A stretch of DNA of 64,000 nt from Coraliomargarita sp. (GCA_965216325.1 OZ244160.1:2720001-2784000), one strand, 5' to 3'; counted from the stretch's first letter, positions 1-13,947 are shown. The notes: generated from the sequence alone by a model not told the origin. Program-made: numbers and translations.

Positions 1-296
1 ATTGGCACGAGCGTGAGACTTACGACTTGATGGGCATACGCTACGAGGGGCACCCGGATTTGAAGCGTATCCTCATGTGGGACGACTATCCATACCACCC
101 GCTGCGCAAGGAATTTCCGCTGGCTGGTATCGAAACACCATTTCCGGCGGACGACGTTGCGGCATCTGTGGATGCCAAGGTGCTACCTGCTCCGATGATG
201 GGCGGACCATTCGTTTCATCAGCCGATGGCCCCATGAGCCAGACCGAGCCACAGGCGAAGGATGAGAGCTGGACCGAAAAGGAGGAGAACCGCTAA
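1..296 (+). CDS. nuoC: NADH-quinone oxidoreductase subunit C (5'-truncated by window edge)
   Basis: Frame reads [33 protein letters not shown], the NuoC signature; lies directly before nuoD. Confidence 0.95.
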   Translation, partial: WHERETYDLMGIRYEGHPDLKRILMWDDYPYHPLRKEFPLAGIETPFPADDVAASVDAKVLPAPMMGGPFVSSADGPMSQTEPQAKDESWTEKEENR

Positions 297-297
297 G

Positions 298-1539
298 ATG
301 GCGAAGACGACCAAAGAAATTTCAATCGGCGATCTCGGCGCACGTGCGGGTGACGCACACAGTGAGCTGCAAGGCGAGCGCATGGCGCTTAACGTCGGCC
401 CGTCGCACCCAACAACGCACGGTGTGCTCCGTTTGTTGATGGAGCTCGACGGTGACACCATCACTAAGTGTGAGCCGGTTATTGGCTATTTGCACCGTGG
501 TGACGAGAAGCTGGCCGAGAATATGACTTACAACCAGTTCGTGCCCTACACAGACCGACTGGACTATCTCGCGCCCCTTTCCAACAACGTCGCCTATGCG
601 ATGACTGTTGAGAAGATTGCGAACCTCACCGTTCCGGAACGCTGCCAAGCGATTCGCGTGCTCTGCTGCGAGTTGGCACGTATTTCATCGCACTTGCTCG
701 GGGTCGGGGTTTATGGCATGGACGCCGGTGCATGGACCGTGTTCATGTATACCTTCACCGAACGTGAGAAACTCTACACACTCTTTGAAGAGCTAACAGG
801 TGCGCGTTTCACCACCAGTTACACACGTATTGGTGGGGTGGCTCGCGACATCCCGAACGGCTGGCTCGGTCGCGTGAGTGATTTCTGCAATGGCGTGCTG
901 CCGGTACTCGACCAAGTCGACAAGCTGCTTACTCGTAACCGTATCTTTATGGACCGCACCGTTGGTATCGGTGCGATCTCCAAGGAGATGGCGATTGCCA
1001 ATGGTCTGACTGGCCCGAACTTGCGCGCGTGTGGTGTCGACCTTGACCTGCGCAAGGATAAGCCATACCTCGGTTACGAAAACTACGATTTCGATGTGCC
1101 GATCGGTACTACGGGCGACTGCTACGACCGCTACCTCATGCGTGCGGAAGAAATTCGTCAGTCGGTGCGCATCGTTCGTCAGGTGATCGATAAGTTCCCG
1201 GAAGGCCCTTACTACGCAGAGGAAGCGAAGAAGATCTTCTCTCCGCCAAAGGCGAAGGTGCTGACCAGCATGGAGGAACTGATTCAGAACTTCATGATCA
1301 CCACCGAAGGTCCGCAGATCCCTGCCGGCGAAGCTTACTTTGAAGCAGAAAATCCAAAGGGTGCACTCGGTTTCTACTGTGTCTCCAAGGGGGGCGGTGT
1401 CCCATATCGCCTGAAAATCCGTGGCCCGTCCTTCTGCTCCCTGAGTATTCTCGAAGAACTGGTGCCTGGTCACCACATGACTGATATTACCGTGATCCTT
1501 GGTTCGCTCGACTTCGTGATGGGCGAATGTGATCGATAA
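298..1539 (+). CDS. nuoD: NADH-quinone oxidoreductase subunit D
   Basis: GPSHPTTHGVLRL, GYLHRG, DRLDY, C-terminal GECDR; ATG at 298 after GGAGGA. Confidence 0.97.
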   Translation: MAKTTKEISIGDLGARAGDAHSELQGERMALNVGPSHPTTHGVLRLLMELDGDTITKCEPVIGYLHRGDEKLAENMTYNQFVPYTDRLDYLAPLSNNVAYAMTVEKIANLTVPERCQAIRVLCCELARISSHLLGVGVYGMDAGAWTVFMYTFTEREKLYTLFEELTGARFTTSYTRIGGVARDIPNGWLGRVSDFCNGVLPVLDQVDKLLTRNRIFMDRTVGIGAISKEMAIANGLTGPNLRACGVDLDLRKDKPYLGYENYDFDVPIGTTGDCYDRYLMRAEEIRQSVRIVRQVIDKFPEGPYYAEEAKKIFSPPKAKVLTSMEELIQNFMITTEGPQIPAGEAYFEAENPKGALGFYCVSKGGGVPYRLKIRGPSFCSLSILEELVPGHHMTDITVILGSLDFVMGECDR

Positions 1540-1640
1540 GAAGTTAGAATTTAGAAGTTAGAATTTAGGAGGGCACAGAGCATAGAGCATTAGGAAAACA
1601 TCATGTTAGACTATCTTCTAACTCCTGCCTTCTAACTACT
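1538..1640. repeat. Intergenic heptamer-type tandem repeats (AAGTTAG/AATTTAG) with an inverted partner (TTCTAAC)
   Basis: aagttagaatttagaagttagaatttagg ... cttctaactcctgccttctaact. Confidence 0.6.
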
Positions 1641-1647
1641 TAAGACA

Positions 1648-2145
1648 ATGAATTTAAAACCCGAAACGATTGAAAAAATCGACAAGCTGGTGCCGCGCTA
1701 TCCGACGATGCGCAGTGCGGCGCTTCCGCTCTGTCACCTCGTTCAGGAAGATCAGGGCTACCTCTCCAACGAAGCAATGGAGTGGATCGCAGACCGCTTG
1801 GAACTGCAACCGATCAACATCATCGAGATCGTCACGTTCTATCCAATGCTGCGCACTGAACCGACTGGTAAATACCATGTCCGCGTTTGCCGCACACTTC
1901 CGTGCGCATTGTCCGGTGCTTACAAGACCTGTGCACGCTTGGAGGAGGAACTCAATGTCAAGGTCGGCCACACCAGCGAAGACGGTCTGGTCACATTGGA
2001 ATACGTCGAGTGCCACGCCGACTGCGGCCGCGCACCCGTTGTGATGGTTGGTGAGGAAGAATACACCGACATCGATCCCGACAAGGCCAGCGAACTCGCA
2101 GCCAAGATGAAGTCCGGCGACCTTTCGACCGGTATCCCCAGTTAA
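1648..2145 (+). CDS. nuoE: NADH-quinone oxidoreductase subunit E
   Basis: CRTLPC..C-x3-C 2Fe-2S ligands; TFYPM; operon position. Confidence 0.96.
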   Translation: MNLKPETIEKIDKLVPRYPTMRSAALPLCHLVQEDQGYLSNEAMEWIADRLELQPINIIEIVTFYPMLRTEPTGKYHVRVCRTLPCALSGAYKTCARLEEELNVKVGHTSEDGLVTLEYVECHADCGRAPVVMVGEEEYTDIDPDKASELAAKMKSGDLSTGIPS

Positions 2146-2162
2146 CTTTTATTCGATCAGCG

Positions 2163-3530
<1,368 letters not shown>

Positions 3531-3532
3531 TC

Positions 3533-5254
3533 ATGAGCGATCAGAGCCAAAACGATCTGATTACCATCAATATTGATGGTCAGGACATCGACGTCCCGAA
3601 AGGGATCAACATCATTGAGGCAGTGAAGCTGGTGGGCAAGGGCAAGGAAGTCCCTCACTATTGCTATCACCCGAAACTCTCCATCGCCGGTAACTGCCGC
3701 ATGTGCATGGTTGAGATGGGCATGCCGATGCGTGACCGTGCCACCGGCGAGCCAGTCGTCGACGAGAACGGCTTGCAGAAGATTGGTTGGATGCCAAAGC
3801 CGACCATCGGTTGTGCGACCAACGCGGCACCGGGCATGCACATCCGCACGAACTCTCCGATGGTGAAGGAGTCGCGCAATGGTGTGACTGAGTTCCTGTT
3901 GATTAATCACCCGCTGGATTGCCCGATTTGCGACCAAGCAGGTGAGTGCCGACTCCAAGAGTTCTCCGCTGAGCACGGCCGTGGCGAGAGCCGCTTCATC
4001 GAGCAGAAGAATGTGAAGCCAAAGCGCACCAAGGTGGGACCGCGAGTGACACTCGACGACGAACGCTGCATCCTGTGCTCCCGTTGCATTCGCTTTTCCA
4101 AGGAAATCGCGGGTGATGACTGCCTCGGCTTTGTCGATCGCGGCACCTATTCAACGCTGACGACCTATCCTGGTAAGGAGCTAGAGCACAATTACTCGCT
4201 CAACACCGTGGATATCTGCCCGGTTGGCGCGCTGACCAGTACCGACTTCCGTTTCAAGATGCGTGTTTGGTTCCTCAAGCGCACCAACAGCATCTGCACC
4301 GAAAGTAGTGTGGGCGCGAATACAACGATCTGGAGCCGTGAAGGTAAGATCTATCGTGTGACTCCGCGTCGCAACGATGCGGTGAACGACACTTGGATGA
4401 CTGACTCCGGCCGTGAGCTTTTTAAGGACATCGATTCCGATGATCGCCTCACACACTATACAGTCGATGGTGTCCACAAGAAGGCCGACGAAGCTGCGGC
4501 TGCTGCGGTGGATCTGCTCAAGGGCGGCGAGGTTGCGATTGTTGCGTCCGCACACAGTTCGGTTGAAGAACAGTTTTTCTACAAGGCAATGGCCGAGCGC
4601 ACTGGTGCTTCGATCCACATGGTATCGAAGACAGGTGAGGGCGATGGCATCTTGCGGAGTGAAGACCGCACACCAAACATGCGTGGCGCCTTGCTCAATG
4701 GCCTGATTTCTGAGCTGCCTGCAGCTGAGTTGAGCCCATTGGCTCGCGACATCAGTTCTGGTTCGGTGAAGACACTGGTGGTCGTAAACGAAGACATCAC
4801 TACGCTCGGTGTTCCTGCAGATGTCCTCTCAAAGGCGAAGGTCATTTACTTCGGCACCCACACCAATGAAGTGAGCAAGGTTGCTGATGTGGTTTGCCCC
4901 TCACTCTCTGTTTTTGAAAAGGAAGGTTCGTTTGTGAATGTTTCCTTCCGCGTGCAGAAGTTTGCTGCCGCAGTTCCTGGCCCGAAGGGCATTCTGCCGG
5001 ATGTCGCCGTGCTCGAAAAGATCGTGGCGCCACTCGCCGATGAAAAGCCAGCTGCTCCAACCATGGATGCGATTTGGGAACGCATCGCGAAGAAGGTGAG
5101 CCAGTTCGGTGAACTGACATGGCGTGGAATTGGTGACGAAGGCACAGCCGTGGAGCCGACTGCATTCCTCGACTTGCCATTTACTGAAACCAAGAATCTG
5201 AAATTTGATCCTGACGCGTTCAAGGAGGCGCATGCTGCTCCCGCCGGAGCTTAA
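3533..5254 (+). CDS. nuoG: NADH-quinone oxidoreductase subunit G
   Basis: CYHPKL..GNCRMC, HPLDCPICDQAGEC, CILCSRC, CPVGAL. Confidence 0.96.
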   Translation: MSDQSQNDLITINIDGQDIDVPKGINIIEAVKLVGKGKEVPHYCYHPKLSIAGNCRMCMVEMGMPMRDRATGEPVVDENGLQKIGWMPKPTIGCATNAAPGMHIRTNSPMVKESRNGVTEFLLINHPLDCPICDQAGECRLQEFSAEHGRGESRFIEQKNVKPKRTKVGPRVTLDDERCILCSRCIRFSKEIAGDDCLGFVDRGTYSTLTTYPGKELEHNYSLNTVDICPVGALTSTDFRFKMRVWFLKRTNSICTESSVGANTTIWSREGKIYRVTPRRNDAVNDTWMTDSGRELFKDIDSDDRLTHYTVDGVHKKADEAAAAAVDLLKGGEVAIVASAHSSVEEQFFYKAMAERTGASIHMVSKTGEGDGILRSEDRTPNMRGALLNGLISELPAAELSPLARDISSGSVKTLVVVNEDITTLGVPADVLSKAKVIYFGTHTNEVSKVADVVCPSLSVFEKEGSFVNVSFRVQKFAAAVPGPKGILPDVAVLEKIVAPLADEKPAAPTMDAIWERIAKKVSQFGELTWRGIGDEGTAVEPTAFLDLPFTETKNLKFDPDAFKEAHAAPAGA

Positions 5255-5268
5255 GCAGAAAGCCTGAA

Positions 5269-6378
5269 ATGGAAATGATTGAACCTTATCTTCCCGTGGT
5301 CCTGCCGATCGTTTTTGCGGTCGCCATGATCTCCGTCTTCATGGGGCTTTGCAGTTACTCCGTTCTCGCGGAGCGCAAAGTATCCAGCTGGATTCAAGGA
5401 CGTGTCGGTCCGAATCGCACACGTATTCCGTTGATCGGTCATATCCCGATTCTGGGTAACTTGTTGACTGGTCTTGGTATCTTCCAGCCAGCGGCGGACG
5501 GTCTGAAGTTTCTGTTTAAAGAAGAAATCACACCGGGCCACGTTAAGACTGGCTATTACTACTTGGCGCCGATCCTCGCGCTGACTCCAGCGCTGACTAC
5601 TATGGTGGTGCTCCCATTCGGCCGCTACGTCGATGCCGATGGTATGGTGCAGCCACTAGCACTCGCCAACCTCGATGTCGGCATGCTCTTCATTCTCGCT
5701 GTGTCCTCACTCGGTGTCTATGGTATCGTGCTCGCAGGTTGGGCCTCCAACTCCAAGTATCCATTCCTCGGTGCAATTCGTGCATCGGCGCAGATGGTTT
5801 CCTACGAATTGGCAATGGGCCTCGCGATTCTTCCTGTCTTTATGTGGTCGGCAGCTCCAGGCTCCGAATATGGCATGAGCCTTTTCGGCGTGGTGCAGTC
5901 GCAGCAAAGCTGGTGGTTGATCATGTGGCAGCCGCTCTCTGCTTTGATCTTCCTGGTTGCACTCTTTGCAGAGACCAATCGCTTGCCATTCGATATGGCG
6001 GAGTCTGAAACTGACCTCGTGGGTGGGTTCCACACGGAGTATGGTTGCTTCAAGTTCGGCCTCTTCTTTGTGGCGGAATATGCGCACATCATCATGGGCT
6101 CGGCCCTGTTCGTGCTGCTCTTCCTCGGTGGTTGGAATGTCTTACCATTTGGTCTGGCGAATCCGTTTGGCGATGGCGTATTTGCGACATTGTTCTCGGT
6201 CGCATGGTTCATGGCGAAGGTCTTCTTCATGATCTTCTTCTTCATTTGGATTCGTTGGACGCTGCCACGCTTCCGTTATGACCAAGTGATGTCGCTTGGT
6301 TGGCGTATTTTGCTCCCACTGGCGATTGGTAACCTAGTCTTTAACACGATCCTGATCGCTCTGATCGATAACCTCTAA
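5269..6378 (+). CDS. nuoH: NADH-quinone oxidoreductase subunit H
   Basis: ERK..QGRVGPN, AETNRLPFD, LPRFRYDQ. Confidence 0.97.
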   Translation: MEMIEPYLPVVLPIVFAVAMISVFMGLCSYSVLAERKVSSWIQGRVGPNRTRIPLIGHIPILGNLLTGLGIFQPAADGLKFLFKEEITPGHVKTGYYYLAPILALTPALTTMVVLPFGRYVDADGMVQPLALANLDVGMLFILAVSSLGVYGIVLAGWASNSKYPFLGAIRASAQMVSYELAMGLAILPVFMWSAAPGSEYGMSLFGVVQSQQSWWLIMWQPLSALIFLVALFAETNRLPFDMAESETDLVGGFHTEYGCFKFGLFFVAEYAHIIMGSALFVLLFLGGWNVLPFGLANPFGDGVFATLFSVAWFMAKVFFMIFFFIWIRWTLPRFRYDQVMSLGWRILLPLAIGNLVFNTILIALIDNL

Positions 6379-6390
6379 ACGCGAAGCACT

Positions 6391-6942
6391 ATGGCGAAGA
6401 CAAAAGTCCTTGAACGTAAGCCGCTCAGTTTTGCGGAAAAGACCTTCCTGCCGCAGATTGCGACTGGTCTGAAGACGACGCTGGGCACGATGTTCCAGAA
6501 GTCGGTCACCTTGCAATATCCCGATGAGCGTCCGGTGATTCCGGATAACTATCGCGGTGTGCCGACCTTGGTCAAAGACCCGAACGGTCGTGAGAAGTGT
6601 GTATCCTGCCAGCTCTGTGAGTTTGTTTGCCCACCGAAGGCAATCCGCATCACACCAGGCGAGATCGATGCTGAGGCTGAACCGGATCGTGCGCACGTGG
6701 AGAAGGCTCCACAGGAGTTCGAGATCAACATGTTGCGCTGCATCTACTGTGGCTTCTGCCAAGAGGTTTGCCCGGAAGAGGCGATTTTCCTGCAAGACAT
6801 TTTCTCGCTCTCTGGTTACAGCCGCGAGGAGCTAGTGAACAATAAGAAGAAACTGTATGAGCTTGGCGGCACTTTGCCGGACAAGCACTTCAAGTGGGAC
6901 AAAAAGAAGGCCGCCGAAGAAGCGGGCAATGGACACCATTAA
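6391..6942 (+). CDS. nuoI: NADH-quinone oxidoreductase subunit I
   Basis: Two CxxCxxCxxxCP motifs; operon position. Confidence 0.97.
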   Translation: MAKTKVLERKPLSFAEKTFLPQIATGLKTTLGTMFQKSVTLQYPDERPVIPDNYRGVPTLVKDPNGREKCVSCQLCEFVCPPKAIRITPGEIDAEAEPDRAHVEKAPQEFEINMLRCIYCGFCQEVCPEEAIFLQDIFSLSGYSREELVNNKKKLYELGGTLPDKHFKWDKKKAAEEAGNGHH

Positions 6943-6957
6943 GACGGAAACTTTGTC

Positions 6958-7545
6958 ATGTTAGATATTCTATTCTACGTCTTTGCCGCGATCACGCTGG
7001 TATCGGCGCTTCTAATGGTCGTGAGCCCGAATGCGGTGAATGGCGCGATGTGCATGATCGTGTCCTTCGTTGGCACGGCTACGCTCTTCGTGCTGTTGGA
7101 GGCCTACTTCCTCGCGATTCTACAGGTGCTCGTGTATGCGGGTGCGGTGATGGTCCTCTTCCTCTTCATCATCATGTTGCTTAATGTCGATAAAGGCGAG
7201 GGCGGCGACTACGCGAACGTCAAGGGCAAGCTCGGACTCGCTGCTGCTGTAGTTGGATTTGCACTCCTTACAGTAATGGTGGTGTCCACCTTTGCGGGTA
7301 ATGAGGCGCTTCCTGAGCCGGGGCTCCAAGAAGTTGCTGCGAATCCTTCCGGCACCGGTGACGGCTTCGAGTTCACTAACTCCATGAAGTCCTTCGGTTA
7401 CAGTCTTTTCTCCAAATATATGCTGCCATTCCAAGTCGCCGGCTTCCTGCTGCTCGCAGGTATGATCGGTGTGATTGTGGTCAGCAAAAAATCGCCTGCT
7501 GAACTTGAAGCAGATGCCGCCAACGCACAGGAGGGCGACGCATAA
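6958..7545 (+). CDS. nuoJ: NADH-quinone oxidoreductase subunit J
   Basis: [15 protein letters not shown] motif. Confidence 0.96.
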   Translation: MLDILFYVFAAITLVSALLMVVSPNAVNGAMCMIVSFVGTATLFVLLEAYFLAILQVLVYAGAVMVLFLFIIMLLNVDKGEGGDYANVKGKLGLAAAVVGFALLTVMVVSTFAGNEALPEPGLQEVAANPSGTGDGFEFTNSMKSFGYSLFSKYMLPFQVAGFLLLAGMIGVIVVSKKSPAELEADAANAQEGDA

Positions 7546-7850
7546 TGACTGTCGGACTGAATGCTTTTCTACTGGTTTCCGGTTTGCTGTTCGCGATCGG
7601 GATGCTCGGGGTGATCCTGCGTCGCAATACGCTGGTGATCTACATGTCGCTTGAGCTGATGCTCAACGCGGTGAACCTCGCGCTAGTTACGTTCTCGCGT
7701 TACAACAACACGATGGACGGCAACATCTTCGTCTTCTTCATCATTACGGTGGCTGCTGCTGAAGTAGCTGTCGGTCTGGCAATCGTGGTGGCCTTGTTCC
7801 GCAAGCGCCAAACCGTGATCGTCGATCAACTGAATTCTTTGAGCAACTAA
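7545..7850 (+). CDS. nuoK: NADH-quinone oxidoreductase subunit K
   Basis: [18 protein letters not shown]. Confidence 0.97.
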   Translation: MTVGLNAFLLVSGLLFAIGMLGVILRRNTLVIYMSLELMLNAVNLALVTFSRYNNTMDGNIFVFFIITVAAAEVAVGLAIVVALFRKRQTVIVDQLNSLSN

Positions 7851-7854
7851 GACC

Positions 7855-9708
<1,854 letters not shown>

Positions 9709-9735
9709 CGCCACGGCTGAATACTTTAGAGAGCA

Positions 9736-11316
9736 ATGGATACAAATTCACTTTTCTTATTATTCACAATCTTCGCCCCCTTGGTGGCGGGTGTGATGTT
9801 GTTATTCGGTGCGCGGATGGGCCTGTCCACTGTGCGTGGACTTGCGGCGGCCGGTTTTGGTTGGCCGTTAATGATTGCGCTGGTTCTATACTCGCTCTTT
9901 GACCCGTCGTTGGCTGGAGGTTACAATTTTGAAGTTAAATTGGCGACTGGCTTGGAGTCGGTTGGCATCTGGCTGCACCTCGGTTTGAATGGTATCTCGA
10001 TGCCATTGTTTATGTTGGCGGCAGTGGTCGGTTTTGCCGCTGGCTTGTATGCGATGTATTCAAAGGCGGAGCGCCTGCACCTGTACTTGGCGCTGCTGCT
10101 GTTCATGCAAGGTGGCCTGATGGGCACTTTCGCATCGATTGATGTGTTCTTCTTCTACTTCTTCCACGAGTTCGCCTTGATCCCGACCTTCATCATGATC
10201 GGTCTTTGGGGCGGTGCGGGGCGTAAGCCTGCTGCAATTGAGATGACCATTTATCTCACGCTCGGTGCGATGCTATCGCTGCTGGGGCTGATCGCGCTCT
10301 ATGCAAATAGTGGCGCAGAGTCCTTCTCGTTGATCGCACTCCGTGATCACCTGTCCTCGGGATCGCTTTCGGAATCCGTGCAGAGTAACATTTTTGGCCT
10401 GCTACTCTTCGGCTTTGGTATTCTGGTCTCGCTGTTCCCATTCCACAGTTGGGCTCCCAAGGGATATGCGGTGGCTCCGAGTGGTGCAGCTATGCTTCAC
10501 GCGGGTGTGCTGAAGAAATTCGGTCTGTATGGTTTGCTCCAGCTTGGCTATCCGCTGCTTCCATCGGGGGCCGAGCAATGGTTCCCTTGGATCGTTTGGT
10601 TGGCACTCGGTAACATTGTTATCATCGGCCTCGTGACCATCGCACAGCGTGACCTCAAGATGATGCTCGGTTACAGCTCGGTGATGCATATGGGGTATGC
10701 GTTTCTCGGTATCGCTTGTTTCTCGATTGTGGGTGTTGGTGGTGCGCTCCTGATGATGGTGGCCCACGGCCTTTCAGTTGCATTGCTCTTCATGCTGGCA
10801 ACCTGCATTCACCATCGCTCTGGCACTTTTGACATGCAGTCGATGGGGGGCTTGGCGCGTAAGGCACCGGTGTTGGCTGGCTTCTTTGTAGCGGCTTCGA
10901 TGGCGAGTATCGGTCTGCCGGGCTTTGGTAACTTCTGGGGGGAATTCACGATTTTTGCGGCACTTGCAGAGGATCCGGCAACCCAATGGATTTTGGTGCC
11001 TGCTGCACTGGGCATTATTATTTCCGCGATCTATGGCCTCCGTGCAGTTGCGAGCATCTTCTTCGGTGAGCCAACTGAGGTGATGGCACCCAAGCTTGAA
11101 GATGAGACTGTCGCTGATCTGAAAGCACACGAACGCCTCCCTGCAACGGTTTTGGTTGTGGCGCTGGTTGTCGTGGGGCTATTCCCACGCTTGCTGTCCG
11201 ATTTTGCTGATCGAGAACTGGCACACATTTATAAAGATGCGGGGGAGTTGCCCGCACATGAGATGACTGTATCCAATCAAGCTGTGGAAGCTCACGGCGA
11301 GGAGGGAACACACTAA
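9736..11316 (+). CDS. nuoM: NADH-quinone oxidoreductase subunit M
   Basis: Antiporter-like membrane protein, PFHSW, YSSVMHMG, GLPG; between nuoL and nuoN. Confidence 0.95.
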   Translation: MDTNSLFLLFTIFAPLVAGVMLLFGARMGLSTVRGLAAAGFGWPLMIALVLYSLFDPSLAGGYNFEVKLATGLESVGIWLHLGLNGISMPLFMLAAVVGFAAGLYAMYSKAERLHLYLALLLFMQGGLMGTFASIDVFFFYFFHEFALIPTFIMIGLWGGAGRKPAAIEMTIYLTLGAMLSLLGLIALYANSGAESFSLIALRDHLSSGSLSESVQSNIFGLLLFGFGILVSLFPFHSWAPKGYAVAPSGAAMLHAGVLKKFGLYGLLQLGYPLLPSGAEQWFPWIVWLALGNIVIIGLVTIAQRDLKMMLGYSSVMHMGYAFLGIACFSIVGVGGALLMMVAHGLSVALLFMLATCIHHRSGTFDMQSMGGLARKAPVLAGFFVAASMASIGLPGFGNFWGEFTIFAALAEDPATQWILVPAALGIIISAIYGLRAVASIFFGEPTEVMAPKLEDETVADLKAHERLPATVLVVALVVVGLFPRLLSDFADRELAHIYKDAGELPAHEMTVSNQAVEAHGEEGTH

Positions 11317-12821
11317 TGAACGAACTGCTTGCTGAATTTCTTCGCGGTTATACCGACACTAACGATTGGCTGGCCATCCTGCCAGAAATCCTTTTGGCGC
11401 TCCTCGCACTGGGATTACTTGGTGCCGAAATGATTTTGCCGAAGGCGCGAGCTGCGCTGGTGGGTCGTATTGCAATTATTGGACAGTTGCTCATTCTCGC
11501 ACTGGTTGTGTTTGGCTGTGGCTGCATGACTGGCAGTGAGGGCACTGCACTCTTTAGTGGCATGATCGAACAAACTGAACTGACGCAGATCATGCGTCGC
11601 TTCTTCTTGGTGAGTTCGATTCTCGTTTGTTTCCTTGGACAGAGCTATCTCTCTAAGCAGCCACTGGCAAAGACAGAGTTCTATCACTTGGTGATTTTGG
11701 TGGCGGCTGCGATGATGCTGCTGGTGCAGAGTAGCAACTTTGTGATGCTTTTTGTTGCTCTGGAAACAGTGACTGTCGCATTCTACGTATTGGTCGCCTA
11801 TGGCCGCAACAGTAGCTTCTCATTGGAAGCTGGTCTGAAGTATTTGATCCTCGGTGCGATGAGCTCTGCGATTTTGCTATTTGGCATCGTGTTGCTCTAC
11901 GGTGTGGCGGGAAATCCGGAATACCGTTTTGCCAGTGCGGATTCGCTCAATTTTCATGAATTGCAGGGCTTTATCGGTATCTACCAAGAGGAGCTGTTGA
12001 TTAAGGTCGGTGCGTTATTGGTTGTTGCTGGTATCTGCTTCAAAATCGGTGCGGTGCCTTTCCAAATCTGGGTTCCCGATGTCTACCAAGGTGCACCGAC
12101 TCCAGTGACTGCCTACCTAGCGGTTGCTTCAAAGGCTGCCGGTTTTGTGGTGTTGATTCAGTTGATCAACGGCCCATTCGTAACCATGGGATCATTCCTG
12201 ATTCCGATTCTATCCTTCGTCGCTGCGGCAACCATTCTATTTGGCAACATCGCTGCAGTGACTCAGCGCAATGTGAAGCGTATGATGGGGCTTTCCGGTA
12301 TAGCGCATGCTGGTTACTTGCTGGTTGGAGTGGTTGCCTATCTTGCCGGAGTTGAAATGGCCAAGTATGCGATCTTGTTTTATTTGGTAACCTACTTACT
12401 CGGATCGTTCACTGTTTTCGGTGTAATGTCTGAAGTGTCAGGAACTGCAGATGCGGATCAAGAACTGGAGCACTATAAAAACCTCGCACGCAGAAATCCA
12501 TTTCTCAGTGGTGTGCTAGCCTGTGGCCTTGGTTCGCTTGCCGGGATCCCGCCCTTGGGGGGATTTATCGGTAAGCTGTTCCTCTTCATCGCAGCCTTCA
12601 AGGCGGGGCTTCATGGTTTGCTTGCGGTTTCGATCCTCGGTGTGGTGATTTCTATCTACTACTACTTTGGATGGATTCGTGAGTGTTATTTCGCCAACGG
12701 CAGTGAAGTGGTGCAGGATCAAAGCGGCACCGTTTCGCTCAACACACGTCTGGTGCTTGGTTTGCTCGTAGTTGCCACAGTTGCGTTTGGTGTCTTCCCG
12801 GGCTTCTTCCCGGTGATGTAG
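11316..12821 (+). CDS. nuoN: NADH-quinone oxidoreductase subunit N
   Basis: EAGLKY, FKIGAVPFQIWVPDVYQGAP. Confidence 0.96.
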   Translation: MNELLAEFLRGYTDTNDWLAILPEILLALLALGLLGAEMILPKARAALVGRIAIIGQLLILALVVFGCGCMTGSEGTALFSGMIEQTELTQIMRRFFLVSSILVCFLGQSYLSKQPLAKTEFYHLVILVAAAMMLLVQSSNFVMLFVALETVTVAFYVLVAYGRNSSFSLEAGLKYLILGAMSSAILLFGIVLLYGVAGNPEYRFASADSLNFHELQGFIGIYQEELLIKVGALLVVAGICFKIGAVPFQIWVPDVYQGAPTPVTAYLAVASKAAGFVVLIQLINGPFVTMGSFLIPILSFVAAATILFGNIAAVTQRNVKRMMGLSGIAHAGYLLVGVVAYLAGVEMAKYAILFYLVTYLLGSFTVFGVMSEVSGTADADQELEHYKNLARRNPFLSGVLACGLGSLAGIPPLGGFIGKLFLFIAAFKAGLHGLLAVSILGVVISIYYYFGWIRECYFANGSEVVQDQSGTVSLNTRLVLGLLVVATVAFGVFPGFFPVM

Positions 12822-12846
12822 TTTGAGCACAGCTCTGATCTTTTCA

Positions 12847-12880
12847 GGCCCGAAGCGCTTCCTGCGATTCGGGCCTTTTT
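12847..12880 (+). terminator. Rho-independent terminator after the nuo operon
   Basis: AGGCCCGAA..TTCGGGCCT stem followed by a T-run. Confidence 0.75.
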
Positions 12881-12887
12881 ATCGACG

Positions 12888-12955
12888 TTTGTAGGGGCTC
12901 TGTTTGCGGAGCCCGCCGTTAGAGAATGCAGGGGCGTCGCAAGCAACGCCCCTGC
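12888..12955. repeat. GTAG-type REP doublet, family A (empty homologue of the site occupied by IS copy 2)
   Basis: TTTGTAGGGGCTCTGTTTGCGGAGCCC plus inverted GGGGCGTCGCAAGCAACGCCCCTGC; similar to 61375-61381 joined to 62858-62930. Confidence 0.75.
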
Positions 12956-12966
12956 GACTGAAGTTT

Positions 12967-13947
12967 CTACAGTGTGAAAAACAGTAGCAGTAGAAACGCG
13001 CAGGGGTAGGCCCATTTAAAGAGCTCATTCCACTGTCTGGTGTGGGCTTCGTCGCCACGGCTGTGCGCCTTAATTACGATGACGACCCCAATGAGTCCGA
13101 CTAGCACAATCAGGGTCGATCCGAGTAGGAAGTAATCCATCTTCGTCAGGTAGGGAAGATTGGGGAGCTCCTTCTGGATGACAAAGCGATGGGCAATCAG
13201 CGTCAGCATGGAGGTGACGGAGATACTGACACGCGGATTGATTGCACTCGGGTCGATCCAGAAGACCATCCATGCCATGCACACAATAATGGCTGCGGAG
13301 CTAAATACGGTGCCGATATAATATCCGATATAGCGCTCAGCATGTAGTTCGATGCGCACGCCTGGAATGTCTTGGCCTAGTTGCGGTAGGTGGTAGGACG
13401 CGGCCTTGAATTCAACCTCGCCGATCGCCCAGTCGGATATGGAGAGCAACTCGGAACGGCCGAGTAGCTTGGTCGTATTCTTGAAGGTGATATCCCCCAT
13501 TCTAAGGCCGCTAGTGACAAAGTGGATGTAGAGGGTCTGTTCATCATCTGGAAACTCCTTGAGGTCGAACTGAGCGGTGAAATTTCCACGGAGTCTTTGT
13601 TTATAAGTCACGATTCCTTCCGGAGTGATTTCCAATGCTTCAGGCAGCGTGTTGGCCGCGTCTCGAAGGTTGGTGATTTGAATATTCGGATGCCAAACCT
13701 CGTTCAGTGGCACAATCCGGTTGTTTTCATCGTCAGTCACTAAGCGTGGATCCGACCACTCAAACTCGGTTGCGACATCCATCGCGAACGACTTTTTTGC
13801 GCCATCGATACCGAGCACATCGATCACATACGCGCCGACCTCTACCTCAATGGGGCCATCGTGTGGAGGCTCAGTGATCGGCTGGCCATGCGCCGAAAGG
13901 TGGGGCAAGGCAAACGATAGCAGGGTTAGACTAAGCAGGCGTAACAT
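12967..13947 (-). CDS. Pentameric ligand-gated ion channel (GLIC/ELIC-like)
   Basis: Signal peptide, WSDPRL, VWHPNI, FPDDEQ (pro-loop), four TM helices, M2-like RVSISVTSMLTLIAH, LPNLPYLTKMD. Confidence 0.88.
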   Translation of the reverse strand: MLRLLSLTLLSFALPHLSAHGQPITEPPHDGPIEVEVGAYVIDVLGIDGAKKSFAMDVATEFEWSDPRLVTDDENNRIVPLNEVWHPNIQITNLRDAANTLPEALEITPEGIVTYKQRLRGNFTAQFDLKEFPDDEQTLYIHFVTSGLRMGDITFKNTTKLLGRSELLSISDWAIGEVEFKAASYHLPQLGQDIPGVRIELHAERYIGYYIGTVFSSAAIIVCMAWMVFWIDPSAINPRVSISVTSMLTLIAHRFVIQKELPNLPYLTKMDYFLLGSTLIVLVGLIGVVIVIKAHSRGDEAHTRQWNELFKWAYPCAFLLLLFFTL

